Part shown: positions 45,826-51,358 of the stretch, piece after piece
Numbering within the stretch: position 1 is the stretch's first letter
How the letters are laid out: every line of letters begins with the position of its first letter
Source: Spirulina sp.
Lineage (GTDB): Bacteria > Cyanobacteriota > Cyanobacteriia > Phormidesmidales > Phormidesmidaceae
Assembly (NCBI GenBank): GCA_044070495.1
Contig: JBIPSI010000035.1
Span: 1 to 51,358 of the forward strand
Direction: 5' to 3'
DNA: 51,358 nucleotides
Notes under the pieces: model-generated
Database searches by the model: none
Seen by the model: only the letters and a program-made list of their open reading frames with translations
What the model was told of the DNA's origin: nothing
Position numbers and translations under genes: made by a program

Positions 45826-48138
45826 ATGCCCCCTATCAAACGTCGTCACTTCTTACAGGCCGCCGGATCGAGCCTAGCCGCCATTGGCCTCAGCCAGACG
45901 GGCTTTTTGCGTCAGGCCCAGCAGTACAACCGCGCCCTAGCCCAAACCACGCCTCGCAAGCTGGCCCTGCTGGTGGGCATTAACCAATACAGCGCCTTCA
46001 ACATCAGCGACCTAAACGGCTGCGTCCGGGATGTTGAGATGCAGTACGAGCTACTGGTGCATCGCTACGGCTTCAACCCCAGGGACATTGTGATGGTCAC
46101 GGATGGCTCTGGTCTGCCGCCCACGCGGGCCAACATTCTGCAAGCCTTTGAGGAACATTTGATTGCCCAGGCTCGCCCCGGCGATGTAGTGGTCTTTCAT
46201 TACTCCGGTCATGGGTCGCGAGTGCAGGATCCCGACCCGATTGTGGTGAGCCAGTGCGGCCCCAATAGCAATCCCAACGGCATCAACGGCACCCTCGTCC
46301 CTGGAGACGCCACCTTCACCTCCATCAGCGACACGGAGCGGGTGGTGACGGACATTATGGGCCGCAGCTTATTTTTGCTGACCCAGCGCATCCAGACCGA
46401 CCATGTGTGCATGGTGCTAGACAGTTGTTTTTCGGGGGCGGGCACTCGCGGCAATGCCCAGGTGAGATCCGCCACCAGTTCCCGCCAAAGCGATGGAACG
46501 AGGGTACTTCGACCTAGTGAAGCCGAACTGGAGATGCAGGCCCGATGGAAGCAGGATTTGGGCCTAGAACTCGATACCTTTAACCGTCGCCGATCCGAGG
46601 GCATCGCCAAGGGGATGGCCATCGGATCCGCCAGTTGCGACCAAGAAGCCTACGAACTCCCCTTTGACACCGATGTCATCGCCGGAGCCTTCACCTATCT
46701 GCTGACCAGCTACCTATGGCAATCTCCCGTTGTGGAACCCGCCCGCACCACGCAGATTAACCTCGTCCGCAGCACCCGCCTCGCCGCCCAGAGTCGAGGT
46801 ACCCAGGTGCCCATTTTTGAGGCCGCTCCCGGCAGTGATGTCCTGGCTCAGCCGCTGTACTTCGCCAATGCCCTAGCCCCCTTTGCGGAAGGTGCGGTGC
46901 TCAGCGTCATCGATAACCAAATTGAACTGTGGCTGGGGGGGATGTCGGAACACACCCTCGCAACCGCCCAACCGGGAAGTGTCTATGCCCTGATCGATCC
47001 CACCACATCCCAGGAGATGGGCGACGTTGAGCTAGAGTCACGCACGGGGCTGCGAGCCATTGCCCGTCCGGTGGGATCCGTCAATGCCCGCCCAGGGCTG
47101 CTGGTGCGCGAAAAGGTCGCCGCCCTCACCCTGCCCAATCTGCGGGTTGGGATTGATCCCTCCCTGGCTGATGAAGAGCAAGTGGCCACCACCGCCCTCA
47201 CCAGCGCCCTCAGCGCCAGCAACGGCGACAGTCGCGTCACGGTGCTGCCCCTGGATCAACAGAGCAATGTGGCCTACGTGCTGGCCCGTACCGATGCCGA
47301 CACCCAAGCCCGTCTGCGTCAGGCTGGAATCCCCGCTGAACATCTCCCTGCCGTGGGTTCCATCGCCCTCTACTCAGCAGATTTATCCACCGTAGTACTA
47401 GGCACCGCTGGAGGAGCCGTGAACGAAACCGCAGCGGCGGCGGTGCTACGCCTGCGGCCACGCCTGCGAGGCTTACTGGCGGCCCAGGTGCTGCAATCCT
47501 TGGCCGGACTCTCATCAGACTTGCGCGTCAGCGGTGAGATTGTCCCCCGCAGTGGTCGGGGTGGCACAGTGCCCTTCGCCAGCCGAGGAGCCAGGGGTCA
47601 GGGGGGCGTGCGCACACAGATTGCCCCTGCTACCTACCAATCCCAAGAACTTATTGATGTTCGTATCACCAATGAGGAAAGCACCCCCGTCTATGTGGCC
47701 TGTCTCATCATCGACAGCAGCGGCAACTTTATCACCCTCCACCCCGCCCGCTGGGATGCCCCCGACCTGGCTTCCGAAATTGCCCCCGGTGAGTCCCTAG
47801 TGGTGCCTCGGGCCGAGGATGGGGTTCAGTTTCGGGTCAGCGGTTCGGGCTTTTTGGAAATCCTCACCATTGTGAGCCAGGCTCCGCTGCGGGGGCTACT
47901 CCGCAATATGCAAGCCATCGCTAGCCGAGATGGGCGAACTGACCCCACCCGTGGCGCTGTACGTTTTGGCGACGGTGCAGGCGACCACCTCAATATGCTA
48001 GATGACCTGCTGGGGGATGTAGATACCCTCTCCCGCAGCCGCGCTACGGTGATGGTAGAAAACGTAGACAGCCGCAACACAGCGGTTGAATCAGGCGCGA
48101 TTGCCGCCTTTTCCACCATCCTCGAAATTGTGGAGTAG
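45826..48138 (+). CDS. Tat-signal caspase-like (C14) protease with C-terminal DUF4384-like domain
   Basis: IKRRHFLQ twin-Arg leader; KLALLVGINQY; HYSGHG; LDSCFSG (dyad intact); VYVACLIIDSSGNFITLHP. Confidence 0.9.
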   Translation: MPPIKRRHFLQAAGSSLAAIGLSQTGFLRQAQQYNRALAQTTPRKLALLVGINQYSAFNISDLNGCVRDVEMQYELLVHRYGFNPRDIVMVTDGSGLPPTRANILQAFEEHLIAQARPGDVVVFHYSGHGSRVQDPDPIVVSQCGPNSNPNGINGTLVPGDATFTSISDTERVVTDIMGRSLFLLTQRIQTDHVCMVLDSCFSGAGTRGNAQVRSATSSRQSDGTRVLRPSEAELEMQARWKQDLGLELDTFNRRRSEGIAKGMAIGSASCDQEAYELPFDTDVIAGAFTYLLTSYLWQSPVVEPARTTQINLVRSTRLAAQSRGTQVPIFEAAPGSDVLAQPLYFANALAPFAEGAVLSVIDNQIELWLGGMSEHTLATAQPGSVYALIDPTTSQEMGDVELESRTGLRAIARPVGSVNARPGLLVREKVAALTLPNLRVGIDPSLADEEQVATTALTSALSASNGDSRVTVLPLDQQSNVAYVLARTDADTQARLRQAGIPAEHLPAVGSIALYSADLSTVVLGTAGGAVNETAAAAVLRLRPRLRGLLAAQVLQSLAGLSSDLRVSGEIVPRSGRGGTVPFASRGARGQGGVRTQIAPATYQSQELIDVRITNEESTPVYVACLIIDSSGNFITLHPARWDAPDLASEIAPGESLVVPRAEDGVQFRVSGSGFLEILTIVSQAPLRGLLRNMQAIASRDGRTDPTRGAVRFGDGAGDHLNMLDDLLGDVDTLSRSRATVMVENVDSRNTAVESGAIAAFSTILEIVE

Positions 48139-48218
48139 GACTCTGCCCCTGCCCGCATTGGAACTCATCCTACGGGAAGCGTGTGACCCAAAAGCCCCTA
48201 AAACAAAACTTCAGTGCT

Positions 48219-48254
48219 GTTTCAATCCCTGAAAGGGTTTGGAGTGGGTTGAAC
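48219..48254. repeat. Solitary CRISPR-repeat-like sequence
   Basis: GTTTCAATCCCTGAAAGGGTTTGGAGTGGGTTGAAC; reverse complement ends in ATTGAAAC; single copy only. Confidence 0.5.
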
Positions 48255-48430
48255 ATCTTTCGTGAGATATCGTCACTCCAATTTAGCTTGCGAACCCTGG
48301 AAGCTTTTTGGAGAGCAGATTTTAGGGGCTATCTTGTCTCATCTTCATTCGGAATAATCATCCCGTAAAGCGTTTAGATACCGTTTCAAATGCCTTCTTA
48401 ACCTCTAAAATTTCCTAACCATAAGGCTTC

Positions 48431-48472
48431 AGGAGTATGGTGCCTATTCATATGAATAGGCACCATACTCCT
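48431..48472. repeat. Perfect 42-bp palindrome
   Basis: AGGAGTATGGTGCCTATTCATATGAATAGGCACCATACTCCT equals its reverse complement. Confidence 0.95.
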
Positions 48473-48501
48473 AAATAGCCTCTAAGTGGGAAAACCAAGC
48501 C

Positions 48502-49143
48502 TCAAAGATGACCTTTCTCAACCCAAATGGACCTCGCGTAAAACTCGCCTTCACCTGGTTCTAGCCGGAAGCCACCCAACAACAGCCCTAACCAAACCTG
48601 TACCAGAGGCCAATCAAGCTGGGCCTGAAGCTGCCGCACCTCGATGGCCTCTGGGTGGGCCTCAAACCAAGCCCGGATCTGCTCCACCCAATCCCCCACG
48701 GATTCATCGTAGGCAGCGATGGCCTGCTGGGTGGCCTCCATCTCATCCACCATCGCCAGCAGGGCAGCCTTGTCTACGGTGGCCACCACCGAGTCTTCCT
48801 CGTGAACCGACTCAGCCTTGATGCGCTGCCGAGTTGGTGGCGCAACTATACCCTCGATGTCGAGCTGCTGACTGGAGCGCACCAATCCCCTAAGCCAGTC
48901 CTGGGCCAGGGTCGGATCTTCAGGATGATAGACCGCCTGCCATTGCTCGAAAAGGGCTTCTGCCTTGGCCTGGTGCAGAGTCGCCAGTCGTTCAATCACC
49001 GCACCCCCGACCGCCAGTTGGTCATGCAGATCCAGACCAACTAAGACGGATTCAATCGCCTGCCAAAGCTGACCTAGGTTCGTGGTCTCTGGGTCAACCA
49101 AGGCCGCATCGAGGGCCGTCTCTAGGGGCGAGGGTGTCATCAC
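48502..49143 (-). CDS. Hypothetical protein, possible C-terminal winged helix
   Basis: 213-aa ORF with 4-nt overlap to the upstream gene. Confidence 0.75.
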   Translation of the reverse strand: MMTPSPLETALDAALVDPETTNLGQLWQAIESVLVGLDLHDQLAVGGAVIERLATLHQAKAEALFEQWQAVYHPEDPTLAQDWLRGLVRSSQQLDIEGIVAPPTRQRIKAESVHEEDSVVATVDKAALLAMVDEMEATQQAIAAYDESVGDWVEQIRAWFEAHPEAIEVRQLQAQLDWPLVQVWLGLLLGGFRLEPGEGEFYARSIWVEKGHL

Positions 49144-49679
49144 GTTGCCGTCACTACCAGTTCAGGCACAGCGGTTGGGTTGGAGGCCCGCAAGGGACAC
49201 CCCTTAATGGGGCATTCGGTGGGCTCTAGGCGAATTTCAGCCTCGAACTGGTGGATCTGGGGATAGCGCTGATGGATTTCATCGAGCACCTGCACCAGGT
49301 ATTGCTTCAGCCGACGCCCGGTGAGACCCGCACAGTGCATGGGTCGCACGGCCAGCAGTTGTTGGTCGCCCTGCCAAACCGAGGCCGCTACAGCATGGAC
49401 AGGACTATCGGCTCGTTTGGCTCGGTACAGGTAGAGATAAGCCGCCGGAGGTAAGTCCACTTCAATCTTCAGTTCATCCACCTTGACCTGGTGCTGACTG
49501 GCCCGGTATTGCTCTCGCCGCTGCACATTCACCTGGCCCCGGTGACGGTAGTGGGAGCGACGGCGATGGCAGCGTGACGCAATCCAGCAATCATCGCCCC
49601 CAGGGCCATGGCGGTCTTGGGCTTCCTCAACTGAAAGCTGGGCGCAGGCGACACATTTTGAATCAGGCTTGCGAGGCAT
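49140..49679 (-). CDS. Cys-rich basic hypothetical protein
   Basis: 179 aa; CVAC..CW..RCH, HCAG, CPIKGCPL; Arg-rich N-terminal half. Confidence 0.78.
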   Translation of the reverse strand: MPRKPDSKCVACAQLSVEEAQDRHGPGGDDCWIASRCHRRRSHYRHRGQVNVQRREQYRASQHQVKVDELKIEVDLPPAAYLYLYRAKRADSPVHAVAASVWQGDQQLLAVRPMHCAGLTGRRLKQYLVQVLDEIHQRYPQIHQFEAEIRLEPTECPIKGCPLRASNPTAVPELVVTAT

Positions 49680-50319
49680 CGGCTGAATCCCTGGCTCTAC
49701 CTAGGGTTTGGGCCATGTTGACCCCCTAACCCCATCCTAACCCTAAGTTGTGTAATTCATAGTGTAAGTCCAGGCGATGTGCCAGTATCCTAAAATAAGG
49801 CTGCATGAGTCTAGTGATAAGAATCGCTAAAACCCTTGAAAACTCGTTGTTTTCAATTGAGTAGTTGCAGTGACCGCAACTATTCAAAAACTTATAAGCA
49901 TTGGATTAAAAAGACTTTGAGGATTTATTCAAATCACTAGACTAAGACTGGACTAGATTGGCCTAGGCTCAACCCTGACTGTGGAATGTGACAATCGCAG
50001 GTGAGATTGAACCGGATGTGGGAATGGGATCGCTGAAACGGGGTTTTTGGCTTAACATTTCAGACTTTTGGACTGGGGTGGCTCGGTTACGCGGATCGTT
50101 AGGGCAAGCACTGAGAAATCAATGCTTTTCGGTGGTGTGTCAGTTAGCTAGCGCTATCACCTGGATTCTGAACGGTAGCCGCAGTTGCTCCACTGTGATG
50201 CCCCAATTTTACTCGAACCACCTCAATAGGCCCTGGAATAGGCAGCTTTTAACCCTGAAATGGCCTAGCCATAGGATCTTCAGGAGATGTGGCCCATTTT
50301 TACACGAATCGGTGCCATA

Positions 50320-50862
50320 CCCCTATACGTTAGAGTGGGTTTCCCAAACGGCGGTGTGGTATCACACTGGACTTCCCCCTGTCCCCATTCGTTGGGTCTT
50401 GGTCCGGGACCCGATGGGCAAGTTGGAGCCTCAGGCCTTTCTCTGTACTGATCTGGGGGCCACACCCGCCCAAATCTTGCGGTGGTTTCGGCAACGGTGG
50501 CAAGTCGAAGTCACCTTCCAGGAGGTGCGGGCTCATCTTGGCATCGAAACCCAGCGACAGTGGGCGGATTTAGCGATCCTACGCACCACACCTGCCCTGC
50601 TCGCAATCTTCTCCCTCGTCGTGCTTCTCACCCAGCGCCTGCACCCCAACTTTACCTTCCCCCTGCCTCAAACCGCCTGGTACACGAAGCCATGCCCGAC
50701 TTTTGCCGATGCCTTGGCCTTGGTCCGACGTTATTTGTGGGCTTCTCGTCTTTTTCAGACATCACCAGATGACCTGGGGTACGTTAAAGTCCCTCGCTCT
50801 ATCTTCGACACCTGGACCGAGTTACTCTGCCATGCCGCCTGATTGGATAAAGTCGAGCTTAG
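50320..50862 (+). mobile_element. Truncated DDE transposase (IS701/IS4-like), 3' part plus probable right end
   Basis: RWVLVRDP..QAFLCTD..RWQVEVTFQEVRAHLG to stop 50842, then TTGGATAAAGTCGAGCTTAG; 5' part missing. Confidence 0.8.
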
Positions 50863-51119
50863 CAGACCAGTGCCCTGTTCTGCATTTCCTCTACTTTGAT
50901 CGTACCTCGCACGTCTAGAATTCGCTATAAAACTCTACAATCCAGAAACGGGTGAATACACAGACCAGAAATTGGGTGAGAACGAACTATGCATGATACC
51001 AAAAGAATTTACTATAAAATTGTAGAAGCTTCAAAAAAATAGGCTCTGCGTTATCAGCGTCTCTTATTTCAATGACGATGATGAGTACATATCTGAAAAA
51101 CTTTGAGAAGAGAATTAAC

Positions 51120-51230
51120 ATGCTATTTGAAACCATTCCTCTACCTGAAAAATATAACTATCTCGCGCCTGACGGCTCCGAGATTCGGTTACTCCCTGGA
51201 ATGCAAGGAGGAAGCCTCCTGACTGCCTGA
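51120..51230 (+). pseudogene. Cupin-like gene N-terminus, interrupted
   Basis: MLFETIPLPEKYNYLAPDGSEIRLLPGMQGGSL then an abrupt stop at the putative IS end. Confidence 0.55.
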
Positions 51231-51358
51231 CAGAAGTGGGTGAAAGGCTTGAAACCTCGTAGAGCGAGGGGGAAAAGGTGAGGTGACATGAGACGCTGGA
51301 ATTTGCGTATCTCAGGGTCTTTGCCATGCCAGCCCCCACCTGTCTTTATGATCAAGTG
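51219..51358 (+). mobile_element. Left end of a probable IS4-like element (runs off the window)
   Basis: CTGACTGCCTGACAGAAG end-like sequence; ATG 51326 MPAPTCLYDQV. Confidence 0.45.

Noticed and set aside
86..48158. Many overlapping alternate-frame and antisense ORFs (e.g. 310-978, 18645-19484, 34487-35320)
   Set aside because: Shadows of GC-rich or repetitive real CDSs with no recognisable motifs
1..48254. Type III-E Craspase locus (TPR-CHAT + sigma + CRISPR-like repeat)
   Set aside because: No Cas7-11 or any cas gene, no array, and the CHATs carry export leaders; used only as an analogy
49988..50320. 5' extension of the transposase ORF
   Set aside because: No transposase-like motifs before ~50320; likely fortuitous read-in to a truncated IS
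1..51358. rRNA or tRNA genes
   Set aside because: None recognisable by eye

Overview
GC-rich cyanobacterial DNA (frequent HIP1 GCGATCGC; filamentous Leptolyngbya/Nodosilinea-like is an inference). Positions ~1-48140 form a ~48 kb protease island. It holds seven TPR-CHAT proteins (three with an N-terminal PPC-like domain), one TPR-less CHAT lacking the catalytic Cys, three S8 subtilases, a trypsin-like protease, two Tat-signal caspase-like (C14) proteins (one active, one lacking the Cys), a membrane CHAT-CHASE2 sensor with a DUF928 partner, and a divergent sigma70-like gene coupled to a DUF1822 gene. The strongest unannotated signal is a bipartite motif, TGAATAAG-N11-(C/T)AGACATA. It occurs about 17 times with fixed spacing, mostly 59-98 nt upstream of start codons, including that of the sigma-like gene. 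This suggests a dedicated sigma regulon controlling a secreted, possibly Arg-directed protease cascade with variable TPR receptors and decoy enzymes. Small, often broken TA-like or nuclease cassettes and palindromic repeats are interspersed. The right end has a solitary CRISPR-like repeat, a perfect 42-bp palindrome, two hypothetical genes and IS remnants. Domain calls come from motif recognition by eye, not database searches.
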